From NCBI RefSeq assembly GCF_000143415.4, contig NW_003314455.1, positions 13,677 to 77,676 of the forward strand: DNA of 64,000 bases, given 5' to 3'. A program made the translations under genes and the position numbers. Below, in pieces: positions 49,912 to 62,982 of the stretch. Position 1 is the stretch's first letter; every line of letters starts with the position of its first letter. The DNA comes from Selaginella moellendorffii (lineage: Eukaryota; Plantae; Lycopodiophyta). A model generated the notes under the pieces. The model made no database searches. It was not told where the DNA came from and saw nothing but the letters and a program-made list of their open reading frames with translations.

Positions 49912-51215
49912 GGACGACGATCTTGGCGACGATCGTGGAGTTCTCGCGATCTTGAGGCGCAACTGCAAGATTTGACAGAGAATTGCGCGGCTTGCCTGTG
50001 CGGATGGATCGATCTCTCTACGCCGATTCTCTGGCGGTGGCTCCCGGCATTCGGGGAACTTGGAACCCTCGGAAGAGAGGCAATGCTTCGCTCGCGAGCT
50101 CCCGAAAGAGGCGAGCTCTCGTTTCTTCCTTGCCTGTGATTCCTCTTCCCTCTTTAAAGAGCAAAACGAATCGCGCTACGTGGCGGCATCGCTGCCGTCC
50201 AGGTGGCAGCCCCTCGCGAGCGTTGACATTGAGTCGGCGAGTGTACGGCCGACCTTGACTCTAACCCTTGTCGTGAGGCGCGATGTACGGGAAGGGTACC
50301 CGCAAGTACACCAGCAAAAGAAAATTTCTTCTCCAATGTTGGAGCTTCTTTGTAACTTCCAAGCTTTGGATTCCTTACATGAGGCAATGCCGGGTCCTCT
50401 AAATTTTTTTATTCAAGGTGAAAGTGTGATGTTTGAATTTTTCTTGTGCTTGGATGAGAAATTCATCGTTGGGCTAGAATCTTGTCCTAGGCCCTACGGA
50501 TAGTACAAACCACCAAAATTCCGAGATTTTATTTCCGGGAATCCGGATACTTGAGAGATCTCCAAGAAAAACTTTCATACGCATGCTGTGTGAAGTCAAA
50601 TGTGCAATCTGGCGAGGTCAAGTAGGTTGTGCGGTGGTTTTGTTTGCGCTTGTGTCCAAGGAATCAAGTTCGCAAGAACTTTAATGGGTTTCTCCATGAC
50701 CTACACCATATAGACGTTTTTCTGGAATTAAAAATCAAGGCTATGCTGCGAGATCTCACCAGCAAAAGAAAGTTCCTTCCGCGTTCTCCTCCCAAACTAT
50801 TCGCCTATATGCAAACAAACAGACAAATTGCAAGGTTGACCTTCTGGATTACTCCATGGATATTCTGGATCAAGGATATTCATATAAAGGTACGAAGATG
50901 CTTCATTAATAAAGGTTTGTTAGGATGTATTTATCTGATTATTTTTGTCATTTATTTACACCCTTATTAAAAACAATGTTTAATAATAAGAGGGAAATGA
51001 TCGTGAGGAAGCTTTTGGAAAGAAGAAATCTGTGTTTGGTACTACCTCTTTCTCACCCAAAATGCGGCTCATGCCAAGAGCGTCCACGACAGGATATGAG
51101 GAAATCCAGCATTCCCTCATGCATGACTCCGAAAGCCGTGAAGCAAGATTGAGGAAAAACTGGGAGGCTTTTTTTTCCTTCTTTTTTTTTTCCCTCGATC
51201 CTTTCCTCTCTTTCG

Positions 51216-52098
51216 ATGGGAGGAGGGATCAAACCACTGCTGCTGCTGCTCCTGCTGCTACTGCTACTGCTGTTGATTTGTTTGATCGCCACCCCAGCAG
51301 ATGCTACGTGCGCGCAAATGGAGAAGTACTACCTGCTATCTCACGCTTGCGATTTCTACTTTGAGGGCTACTACAACTTTCCTCCCTCGCTGGAGCTGGC
51401 CGAGAACACGACATACCCTCTCACGGTGCTGGCCAGGTACGATCGAAGATCTTCGATAGATTCACATAGTTTTAGTTTTTCCCATTATCTTTTGACAATA
51501 GAATTCTATGAGATGTTTAAGTTGCGGTTCTTGCGGTTCTTGCCTGTTTTGCCTGAGTTATAAATCCATGCCCATGCCATTCTTGACACAACTTTTCATT
51601 CACAGGGATGGCACGCCAATCTCGGGCATAAAAACCATCCACCAGTGCAAGATCTTCACTCCAAACCCGCTCTCCTACACGGGCCAGGAGCACGAATGCC
51701 CCGTCAACTTCACCATCGACAGCAAGAATCAGATCCAAACCGACCGCTTCTCGCAACACGGCGCGCTCCTGGGGACGCTCCAGGCCAGCGTGATCATGAT
51801 CTATCTCAGCAACATCGCCCTGGAGGATGGGACTCTGCTCACGCCCGGTGATGGCAACACCAAGTTCCTCGAGTCGAGGAGGTGCGTGGCGTTCATCCGG
51901 CTCCCCGATCTCGACGGAACCATCCGGGCCATGCGAGCGGTGAGCTCCGAGTTTGAGGTCTTCGGCACCAAAGTTGCCGAGGAGTTCCTCAAAACCATGA
52001 AAGAGGTGGAGGCCGCGCTGAAGAAAGCTCTCGGCCACGACATGGATCCTCTTGGAGCAGCCGGCAGTGGGATTCCTTTCGGGATGTTCTTCCCATAG
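51216..52098 (+). CDS. Uncharacterised secreted protein (~237 aa; intron 51437-51605)
   Basis: Leu-rich signal peptide ending in ATPADA; GT-AG intron joins ORFs 51216 and 51508 in frame; GC-rich coding-like composition. Confidence 0.7.
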
Positions 52099-52788
52099 AT
52101 CATCAAATTCCCCGATCGATCGACTGCAACCCAACCAAAGCCAACTTTTGGAGAATTTGGAAAACTTTTCGATCGCATTCGACCCGAAAAAAATATTAAT
52201 CACGCCCATCCAACTCGTCTTTCGACATCGTGGCGACCTTTCAATGCCAAAGAAATTTCAAATTTTCAAACAATAACAGCATATTCTCTCTAGGACAGAA
52301 TATCCTCGTGGTCGTTAGATAATTAATGCGGGGAATACTTTAATCGCGCCCTTGGACGACGACAGAATGGATTTTACTGGAAGCTCTTTTTTTCACGCTT
52401 TAGCATGGCGTATTTGTTTGTTTGCAGTGTAAATGTAAAAACTTCGTTGTCCTTTCCTTCTCGCCCAACCGCGGTAAAAACCTGTCAGTAAAAAAAAAGA
52501 GAGGACCATTTGAAATGCATTGCCGCCTTCCAACCAAGTAGCTATCTCTCAGCTTCCGAGGAGGTGTTCTAAAACCTCTGCTCGATAGAGTAGGGTTCTT
52601 CAATCTCGATCTTCCACCGATCTTCCTTCCAGCAGTGGCGGCGCCTCGATCGAAACCACCGGTATGATGATAGAATAGAATCCATTCAGCATTGCCGATA
52701 GATAGATCGGGAGTCCTGCCATGGCGAAGCGCATCGATTCTTCGTCCGGCCCCTGTTCTTGGAGGAGCAATAGCTCGAGCTAGATCCA

Positions 52789-54288
52789 ATGCCGGCGGCG
52801 GTCTTCACCATTTTCAAGCTATGGCCGAGGAGGAGGAAGAAGAAGGAAACCCCTGTCCCGGATCGAAAGATCTCATGTAAGCAGCTGCCCATCTTTGCTC
52901 GCTCGCCCTCGTCTTGATCGAGTTCTTTCCTTCTCCAGGGTCTTCGCACAGGGCGCTCGATTACTGGAGCTCCACTTTCTCCACCTGGGACGACGAGCTC
53001 CAATTCCTCCAGCAGCTCCCACCACCACCGATCGTGAGGCTGCCACCAATTGTCGACACCATCTTCACGCTCAAGGAGATGCTGCTCGCCACCGCAAACT
53101 TTAGCTCCGACAACCTCCTCGGCGAGGGAGGATTCGGGAGAGTCTATCGAGGAGTCCTCAAAAACGGCCAGGTAGCTTTGCTCGATCCAAAACTCCTTCC
53201 AACTTTTTGCTGCTGTTCTTCCTAGATCGTTGCCGTGAAGCAAATGGAGCCATCGCTGAGCAAAGGCGTCCAAGGCGAGAGAGAGTTCCGCGTCGAGGTG
53301 GACATCCTGAGCCGCCTCGATCACTCCCATCTTGTCAAGCTCATCGGCTACTGCGCGGACAAAGGCCAGAGAATGCTCGTCTACGAGTTCATGCCCCACG
53401 GCAATCTCCAAGAGCATCTCCACGGTATGAGAAACCACTCCACCCGAAAACTTGCCCGGCCAACGTCTTTTCTTCTCTTCTTCCCGTAGGGATCGTCAGA
53501 GTGAAGATGGACTGGAGAACTCGCGTCTCCATAGCTCGCGGAGCCGCGACTGCCCTCGAGTACTTGCACAATGGCCCTGCCACCGGAAATCCAGTCATCC
53601 ACCGGGACTTCAAGTCGAGCAACATCCTCCTGGATGATAAGTTCCAAGCAAAGGTAATCTTCTCGCTGCCCTGCCACCTCTATAAATGCCGTGCCTCCAC
53701 TTTCTCGGCTGCTCCAGGTGTCGGACTTTGGCCTGGCGAAGCTGGTGCCTTACGGCAACCAAACGTACGTGAGCACCCGAGTCCTCGGAACTTTCGGCTA
53801 CTTTGATCCCCAGTACACAGCAGTAAGTCGTCCCTGTGCGCCGCTGCTTTGCTCAACCGATCTTCTTTTGCCCTTCCTTCCCAGACCGGAAGACTGACGC
53901 TCAAAAGCGACGTCTATGCCTTCGGAGTCGTCATGCTGGAGCTGCTAACCGGGCGCAGACCTGTTAATGCCACCTACACCTTGCGGAAGCAAAACCTTGT
54001 CACCCAGGTACAGTCTAATCTCTGCTTCCACAAGCCCGTCTTGATCCACCGTGAAACGGACAGGTCAGGGACTGGCTGCGAGAGAAACGAAAGCTGAAGA
54101 AGATCCTGGACCCGGAACTTCGAGCAGAGCTACCGTGGCAATGGGACTCCATCAGAAGGTTTGCCAGCCTCGCCTTTGACTGCATCAGAGACGATGATAC
54201 CCGTCGTCCAACCATGTCCCAGTGTGCCCGAGAGCTAGAGCTTCTCCACCTGTCGCTAACGCTGTACAGTAGATCCTCCAGAACGTAA
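52789..54288 (+). CDS. Receptor-like cytoplasmic kinase (PBL28-like)
   Basis: [68 protein letters not shown]. Confidence 0.92.
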
Positions 54289-54349
54289 AATAAACGAAAA
54301 ACGTCGATGGTCTCGTCACCACTTGTTGTCCGATGGGAGCCTCTTCGTC

Positions 54350-56153
54350 CTAGCTGAGAGACATCACCTCTACTGATCCCTGTGCCTCCTGCCCCTTCAA
54401 GCTTGCGGTATTCCCTGACGAGCACCCGAGACCCTCTGGACGAACAATCTTCCGCCTCTTCAACTGAGGAGCAGAAGAAACATTGCTGCTCACAACTCTA
54501 CGCTTGAAGTCCACGGGAAAGGAGCTATCTTCAATCGATCCGCTGTTCCCCGTCACAGAGTCGTCCTCTTGGACAAAAGTAACAGGCACTGGTCTCTCGA
54601 CATTATCAACTTTCATCCTTGACTGGTTCCTCGGCGGCCGTGGACGGAATTTGTCGGGAACCAAGACGCCCGTTTGGAACACCTTCTCGGTCGCTGGAAT
54701 TGTGTCGTTGCCTCCTGAAGACGATCCTAATCGCGAGAACACAGTCGCCGGCTTGATCCTGTTGAAGACACTTTTGTTGTCCTTCGTTGGTTTCTGCCTC
54801 TTCTGAGGTAACACCTTCGACTGGACAGCCTTGGTCGTTGTTTGAGCCGGTGTTTGATGCCCGTTCGAAGCCAAGTTGACTCTTTGTTGTCGTGGATGCT
54901 GGTTAAGGGACTTCGGAAGCTTCGAAACCTGCTTCGGAGCTCTGTTTTGTGTCCCCTCAACCTGATGGAAGACATTGGTGTTCCTACTAGCCTGAGCAGC
55001 AGCAGCAGGAGAATCCTCGTATCCTTTGGCACTAGCCTCTGGAATAGCGGGCTGGTAGCTGACCTCCGCAGGATGGTGATGGTGAGCTCTATACGGAGGC
55101 GGCTGTCCGTAGCCAGCTTGGCTTACTGCTGTCGTCCCGTCCAAGTTGCCATGGTCCAAGTGTGCTACAGGGCTGAAAAAAGCAGATCCAGAGCTGCGAG
55201 CAAGATGCGCTTGCCTCGGGTAGCCAGTGACTTGTACTGGAGTTGAATCAGCCATCCTTCCCTGGTTCTTCATCGGATGGGTGACATACGGCGTTGAATT
55301 GATCGGTGAACAATTCCAGCCAGAAGTCATAGAGTGACTGTGAGGCACTGCAGTTGGTGCCATCTGAGCGTAAGGAATTCCGACGTGAGCAGGCTCATCG
55401 AGCTCGTGGACGTAACCACCATCACCGCCGTGGTTCTCAACTACGTGCACGTCCTCCGGGTAAGGACAGAAGAAGGCGTAAGGATTCAGTCGCGCGTAAG
55501 GATCCTTATACATGTGTTCCGCTACAAAAGCTCCATTACTATAAAGACGTGATTCGGCCTCGGCACGCTTGACAAACATATCTATGAGACGCGAGACCTG
55601 GCATGCCAATAGAAACGGCAATAAGCGAACGCTGGTTCACAAAGGGAAGCTACCTGTGACGAAGTTAGGACTTCTGGACCAACATGCGGCTTTATATCAT
55701 TGTTTAAGAAGAAGTTTTCAAGCTCCACGCCTTCGAGCGGCAAATAGCGCTGTTGAACGTGAAGAGAAATCTATAAGAAAACAAAGATGCAACGATTAGT
55801 TTAGCCTAGACAATGTAAATAAAGGAATGAGAGACCTTTTCATCGTATTTGGAAGCTCCCACCTGATAGACACCGTAGAGCCGCCCCAAGGATTGCTCAA
55901 AGAGAAAGAGGATCATCCCCGGCCTCACCACACGAGCTATGAGACGATTGGATGGAATGTCCTGGACTGGATGGATCAAATTCTCCTTGCACGGGCAAAT
56001 GAGACCCTCAAAGATGGCGCTGGCGCTCTCCTGTAAGCAGTGCGCCTTGGGATGGATCTTGTGCGAGGCGGCCTTCATTGTCGCCTCTGCCGCCTTGCGT
56101 CTCATCGCCTCGCGCCGCCGAGAGAGGCGGTCACGCGCATCCACGGGGCTCAT
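54350..56153 (-). CDS. Divergent DCD (development and cell death) domain protein
   Basis: VVRPGMILFLFEQSLGRLYGVYQ / ISLHVQQRYLPLE..LTSSQ / VSRLIDMF; C-terminal VDFKRR..KRRKIVRP; start approximate. Confidence 0.75.
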
Positions 56154-56643
56154 CACTAGCCTATGATCTAGCCTGAAAATTTCTAGCAATCCAACCAACC
56201 TGGAACCGGCGCGCTTCGATCGCTGCTGGAGGATGCCACGTTAAACAGTCGAGCACACAAGCATGCAACAGCGAAATATTGCAGCAAGAACAGGCAAGAT
56301 CACACCAAAAGCCACGACCTTTCAATCACACAGTCACACAGCAGCCAAGAACAGGCGATGATCCACACAAAGATGAAAGGGATCAAAGGAGAATCGATCC
56401 GAGCGGCCGCCTGTCGCTCGTCGCAGCGGAGGAGAGCAATCAAACCCTAGCGCCAAGAGTGCCAAGAGAGGGAAGCCAAGATGGTTAACGTGAAGGGTGC
56501 CACTGAGCTGGCACGATCGGCGGCAGAGATCCGTCCACGTCGTAGCTATCTAGCAGGATTCGAGCCGGGCGCCTTAAAGGCGCACTCAAGACCAACGGCT
56601 AGGATTTTCCCTGGACGGAATAGGGTTCTAGCAAAAGAGGAAG

Positions 56644-58782
56644 ATGACGCTGGAGAAGGAAATGCATCGGCGGAGGGATGCCTACAAGGATTACGCCGAG
56701 CGGAGCGATCGGCAAGACGAGGAGCAGCGTCACAGGCGCTACGAAGATTATCCCCCGAGCTGGCCAGGTAGGTTGGAAATCCACAGGGAGAGGGAGGGTC
56801 ACGACGGCAGGGATTACAAGGGGAATTGGGACTCGCGAGTCGATCGGAGGGATTCTCCGCGCAGTCCATACAGGGATCCGGGGGGCAGTAGTAGAATCGA
56901 GCCGGGAATAGCGGGTTTGATCTTTATGTGCAACAAGAAGACGCAGAGGAGGTGCCTCGCTTACAATGTGCTTGGAATGCCGAGGACCAAGAAGCGTTTC
57001 GCGGATCACATCACTCCAGGAATGAAGCTTTTCCTGTTTGAGTTTGAGTCGAGAGAGCTTCACGGGGTTTTTGAGGCCGTGAGCTATGTGGGGGTGGATT
57101 TGGAGCCGAAAGCCTTCATAGAAGCGGACATCGATTTTCCACTCCAGGTATGAAGCTTCTTTCTTGTTCTTTAACATTCTTCGGACTTTTTAATTGGTCT
57201 TTTCGCTTCTAGGTGCGGTTCCGTGTCGTGGAAAAGTGCCTACCTTTGCGTGAAACCGAATACAAGGATGCGATTCTCGAAAACTACTACGAAAACAATC
57301 GCTTCAAGTTTGATCTATCTAAGGAACAGGCAAGCAACGACAACTTTTGGATTTTTTTAGTATTTACTGGTCTCTTAGTCCGCGTCTGACTCGTTTGCTT
57401 CTTAGGTGGTGAAGCTCATGAGGCTGTTCATGCCGGCAGACGTGCCCCGCGGCTCAAGAAGTTTTCACTACCCTCCTTCAGCTGGAACCAACTCAGTTGA
57501 TGACGCTTACTCGGACTTTAGGGGGCCAACCGATAGTCGAACTTACCGCAGCGGTCGCAGTGATCGTCATCAAAGGGATGATCACTGGAAGAATGAGCCT
57601 GAGCAGCAGGTTTCCAAGACGTCGTACGTTGAAGGGCCTAGTCGCGTTAACTATCCAACTTACAACGAGTATAAGGAGCCTGCTGGTCGGACTTCGTACG
57701 TACCACACGAAAGATACTACGAGAGCGCAAGCGCAGCCAAGTTTGCACCTTCTCAGAGATCTGAGCCGGATACTTGGTGTAGCGCGAGGCCCAACGACTA
57801 CGACTATGGCGATACTTTGGGACCCGGGCAACAGTGTGCTCCTTCTTCATATGCTGGCGTTTCTTCGAAATGCGACGCTCTTGGCTACGGTATCGGGAGA
57901 CCAGAGGCCACCACAGCTTTAACCACTGACGCAGATCGATACTGGAAACCGGACAGCAGCGTTTTGCAGATGTCCGCAGACTTTAGATCGAGCTTTTACG
58001 GTCGACAGGGGTCGTCTCTATATGATGAGATGGGGAATGGGGACAGGGTCCGGAATATGGATCCGATGGAAGATGGTTCTTACAGGCTAGCTAGCAAGAA
58101 GGCTTTAGTTTCGGACATGTTGGATTATCTCCCACCCACAATGACCGCTCTGGCTCCTCCTGCAATGTCACAGGTAATGGCAACGGGAAAGCCAGCAACG
58201 GAATACCGAGAGTTCGCGCCAACTTATAGTTCTGACGTGAGAAAGGCCTCATATGGATACCCAGAGGATGTTACTAGACAGCCAAGCAGGTATTCGTCGG
58301 TTGGCAATGGTTTGGCTCTGGATAACGGGCATGCACTCAATGGAGTAAGCATTCCAGAGACGATACCAAAGGAGAGGTATAAGAGGGAGCACTCTCCAGT
58401 GTTTTCGGATGCGAAGTACTCGAGGCATCCGTCCGAAAGGGAAAGGAGTTTTGAAGGACGTCGGCACTTCGAATACCAGCAGCCTGCCGCCAGCTCGTAC
58501 TGTAGAAACTCTTCGGAGACTTACGGACGCCAACAGAAGCCTAGCGTATGGGACAGGATAGCAGCTCCTACGAAAAGACCGAAAATGCAAAACTACGACA
58601 AAAAGAGGAGAGAGTTCTCCCCAGAATCGCCTCAAGAAGAGGACTATACTACTCTGGAAACCGAGCGGGACGACGGCACTTACGTGATAGACTTTAAGAG
58701 ACGAAACAAGGGCGATGGGCTTGCAGGTACTAGCCACAATGGGCACAGAAAAAAGAAGATCGTGAGGCCGGATTCGCATTAG
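56644..58782 (+). CDS. DCD domain protein, 3 exons (second intron GC-AG)
   Basis: GLIFMCNKKTQRRC..ITPGMKLFLFEF..LHGVFEA..FPLQVRF..LPLRETEYKDAILENY..FKFDLSKEQVVKLMRLF. Confidence 0.9.
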
Positions 58783-58962
58783 AATTTAGCGGTTTAGGAG
58801 GTTAGGGGGTGGGGCAGCTCGTCCGACAGGATGCCACTCCGAGTATCTGCATATTTCTGTTAACGTAGCAAGCATGAAGTTCCTAACTCGCTGGTAAGTT
58901 TCTTTTCTATTGGAGATCACGAGGATATATTACGGGGTGGAACGGAGCGCTCTAGTTGGTGC

Positions 58963-60109
58963 ATGGATCTCTGGTTTTGGCTGGTGTTCATTATGATCGT
59001 GGCGCCGACCGTTCCAGGTTCCGGTACAGTCTTATCGCAAGTTTCCATGGCTGATGTCGTAACGCTTTGCTCCAGCTGCAGGGACTGTGGGTGTTAACTA
59101 TGGCCGCTTAGCCTCAAAGCTTCCTTCGCCTGGGGAGGTTGTCGAGCTTGTTCGATCTCTCGGGGTGACAAAAGTTAGGATCTACGACACTGATGCGACC
59201 GTTTTGCAGGCCTTCGCCAACACAAGCATCGAACTGACAGTCTCGGTTCCTAACAACGATATACCGGCTCTTGCTACAAACATCAGCACGGCCCAGAACT
59301 GGGTGAATAGCTCCATATTATTGTTTTATCCGCAGACGAAGATCACAACTATCTTGGTTGGCTACGAGGTGTTAACGGCTGGACAGCATATTACGCCATA
59401 TCTCCTTACTGCTATGGAGAACATACATTCGGCTCTTGCTACTCTAAAAATCGACTCACAGGTGAAGGTCTCTACTACTCACTCGCTAAACATTCTCAAC
59501 ATGACTTCTCCGCCGTCGCTATGCTCCTTCGACCATGAAGCAATCGTCAGACCTTTGTTACAGTTTCTATCGAAAACGGGTGCTCCCTTTATGGTTAACA
59601 TTTACACTTTCTCGACGTTTCAGCAGGACAAGGGTCGGAACTTTCCCGAGTCATTTGCGTTGCTGAAACCCACTGGCTTCGTGGTCGTCGATCCCATTTC
59701 CAGGCTACGGTACGAGAATTTGTTCTTGGCTCAGCTGGACGCGGTTTACTCGGCAATTGGTAATTTCGGTTTCAGTGACATACAGGTGACTGACTCCTTA
59801 CGGTTTGCAAATCGTCTAAACTTGTGAAAGTCCTTGTTCCAGGTGGCTGTCTCCGAGACTGGGTGGCCGTTCACTGGAAAAAGTGGAGCAAGCGTTCGCA
59901 AGTCAAGGTCTTACAATCAAAACGTTGCAAGGCTTTGTCTCTCGGGTGCGGGGACCCCTCTGGTCCGTGACAGACCGATCGAAGTGTTTATCTACTCGCT
60001 GTTCAACGAGGATTTGCAGCCGTCATCACTGGGTACTTTCGGGCTTTTCTTCACCAACAAGTCGAGGGTGTTTGACTTCGATACTCGCACCTTGCAGCCC
60101 TCGAAGTAA
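58963..60109 (+). CDS. Glycoside hydrolase family 17 beta-1,3-glucanase-like protein
   Basis: VGVNYGR..LPSP, VRIYD, YENLFLAQLDAVYSA, VSETGWP, FIYSLFNED, FGLF. Confidence 0.92.
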
Positions 60110-60405
60110 GTTCTATGATCAAATTTCTTTTTTAGGCGTCTTCTCTGTTGAATGAAGACTCGAGGCTTTTATTGTCAGCTGAAAAACGTCATAGTGACTT
60201 CGAGAATGCTAAATTGTCTCGGTTGGTTTGCTTCACGCCATCGATCTGTCAGTGACTTCGTCAAACTATCATACGCGGAATGCCTGCGTGTTTCCTTGAC
60301 AAGGATCATCATCCAAATGCGACTTAAACTCCGGCATAGGCGGTTCGAGGCACATATATCTGCCAGTCCTGATAAGCTCTGGCATATCTTTCAGTCGAAC
60401 AAGCA

Positions 60406-61050
60406 ATGGCCTCCGGATCAGCCATCATCAGCTTTTTCCTGCTATCACTGGCTCTCGTGGCAAACGCAGCTGATCCAGATCCAGTTCTCGACTTCTGCGT
60501 CGCCAACAACAGCAGCAGCGGCTCCTCGGGATCATGCAGAAATCCTTCGGCAGTCACCGGCCAGGACTTCGTGTCCGAGATCCTCAGGAACATCAACAAC
60601 ACGCAGGCTCCAAACACCTTCAACGCAATTCTGGCGTCAGTTTCAACGTTTCCGGGCCTCAACACGATGGGTCTCTCGATCGCGAGGGCCGACTTTGGCG
60701 TCGGGGGTGTGGTTCCGACTCACGTCCATCCCAGAGCATCGGAGCTCATCTACGTCGCGGAGGGGACAATCTCGGCCGGATTCGTGGACACCAACAACGT
60801 TTTGTTTGCTCGGACGCTCCAGAGAGGTGACATGATCATCATTCCCAGGGGTCTGCTCCACTACCAGTACAACGTTGGCAGCGAGCCTGCTACTACGTTT
60901 GCGGTGTTTAACAGCCAGGAGCCTGGACTCCAGCTGCTGGGGCCGAGCTTGTTTGGATCAGAGATCCCCACTCCAGTTCTTGCGTCGTCGCTGTCTCTCA
61001 ATGAGAGCACCATCGCTGCCTTGCGAGGAATCTATGCTCCTTCCTCTTGA
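60406..61050 (+). CDS. Germin-like protein (cupin), intronless
   Basis: DPDPVLDFCVA, FPGLNTMGLSIAR, GVVPTHVHPRASE, PRGLLHYQ. Confidence 0.95.
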   Translation: MASGSAIISFFLLSLALVANAADPDPVLDFCVANNSSSGSSGSCRNPSAVTGQDFVSEILRNINNTQAPNTFNAILASVSTFPGLNTMGLSIARADFGVGGVVPTHVHPRASELIYVAEGTISAGFVDTNNVLFARTLQRGDMIIIPRGLLHYQYNVGSEPATTFAVFNSQEPGLQLLGPSLFGSEIPTPVLASSLSLNESTIAALRGIYAPSS

Positions 61051-62664
61051 ATTTGTTCGTAAACATGCGTTGAGTAAAGATTCGCTGCTGCATTTGTGCT
61101 TTAAGTTTCTTTGTTTAAACTCTTAAATTGCGCTAGATTTTCATTGATCCGTTTTATCTATAAGTAACACGGCACAAACCTTGAAAAAGCATATGGTACA
61201 TTGCCTACGTATGGTCCATATGATCGTTTGTTTTCAATGGGTACTATTGCACAATCTATGTTTCTTCCGTTTGAACGAAAGCGGAGATTGCAGAAAACAT
61301 CGGCTAGTTCTTGTGAGACCTATGAATTATAAAGTCCACCAAAATGGTTAGACTTCCAGGAAATCCCTCTAGGGGGGTTCCAACGTTCATATGTTGTGCT
61401 CCAGATCCAAGGCGCACCAACAAAGCCACCCGAAACTACTGCTATTCAAACTTTAAGGCATCTCAAGCGATGCCGTCTGGCTGTGCAAATGGATATCCTA
61501 GATCGGGTTATCAGCAGTGGTGACAAGGCCCTTGCTTGGCAAGCTTCAGTCAGTGCTCCAGCACCTCGCGATTCTAGCAGCGCTAGGCCAAAATTTATCC
61601 AATCCGTGGCCTGGTACAAGCATGCATTTGTCACCAATCCAGTGGATGATTATGACAATGCAGAGAATACTCTTTGACTACTGGTGCTATGAAATGAATA
61701 CTTTTTGTTGGCTAATGATTAATTTTAAGTACTATTTGTATTCCTAACCTTAACCATTTAAGAATCCAATCGTATTATTTACCTTTCTATTATCTATTGC
61801 ATTCTGTTTATTTATCACTCCACATACTACTTTTTCTCTTTGATGGATTTATATTCTTTTCTTGATTTTTAGGTTTACAAAGTTACTTTATAAGCTTTAA
61901 ATATTGTTGTCTTTAATTGAACTATGATTTCTCTTCCAATGTGTAATTATGGTGAGTTAATTAATGTTTTAGGGTAGCTTGATTTATAAATCTTTCTAAC
62001 TTTCTAATATATAAACATAGGATAAATTATATTATCGATATCATTTAATAATTAGTATATTATATAACAATAGTCTTTCATAGAGAAAACACCAAATGAC
62101 AAAATGTTTTAGCACATTACACTATTATAAATTTATTATATTTTTAAAAAATGATTTTACTATTTATGCAAGAAAACCATTATTAAAATATCTATAAATA
62201 AACTTTTAAAACTTTATATTAGCACACAGTTGCATTAAAATATTATTTGTTTATATATCAAGATAGAAAAATAAGTTTCAACTTTCTCATTTATTTCTTC
62301 ATTGTTTCAGGTGGATTTTATTGTTTCATTCACCTAAAGTCTATGCTTGATTTGATGGCCTAGGTCTTTGCCTTGAAAAAGGAAATAAAAGATTTTTTCA
62401 TAATACAATAAGTAAATTAATTTTAAATAAAATAAATAATTTATTAAAATTTTAATTCATAGTTGAATAATTTAATAGTATTATATTTTATATGCTCAAA
62501 GAAACCTTCAAATGACCAACTATTCCATCTATAATCACTTTTTGTTATATATTTTGCTAGACCTTGAAAACTAAAAATTTGATATGCCTCATCATTTATA
62601 TAAAATGTTATATTTTCTATAATGCTGTTATCTCTTTAAATAATAAATATATTTTTTAATATAC

Positions 62665-62690
62665 AACCCTAAAACCTAAACCCTAAACCT
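62665..62690 (+). repeat. Short interstitial telomere-like (CCCTAAA) tract within an AT-rich block
   Basis: aaccctaaaacctaaaccctaaacct. Confidence 0.6.
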
Positions 62691-62982
62691 TTCTATATTT
62701 ACTAACATTCATTAAGATCTTAACTTAAACAAATATCAAAGAAAAACCATTAAAAAAAATTCTAAATATATACACCATACTATTAACTAGTTTTCTATAA
62801 AAAAAATACAAATTTAAGAAATAAACTGCTTACACAAAATGAAACTACAGATAGATTAGAAATCAAAAATGTTATCGTGAGCTATTGTTGCTAGCTCAAA
62901 GGCTATTAGCAACTTAGGAGAATATTTTAAAGATGTTCTTTTTGTCTGAAAACTTATCACATGAGACATTGGTCTGATATGA

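Noticed and set aside
49120-50139. 339-aa + strand ORF opposite NRT2 (likewise ORFs opposite HSP20, RPS16, RLCK and NHL)
   Set aside because: Antisense shadow of GC3-rich coding sequence; no motifs
50000-51100. Nitrate-responsive element upstream of NRT2
   Set aside because: Only partial GACC(C)TT half-sites, without the correctly spaced AAG half
61680-62960. Possible Helitron or MITE
   Set aside because: No convincing terminal hairpin+CTAG, TIR or TSD visible by eye
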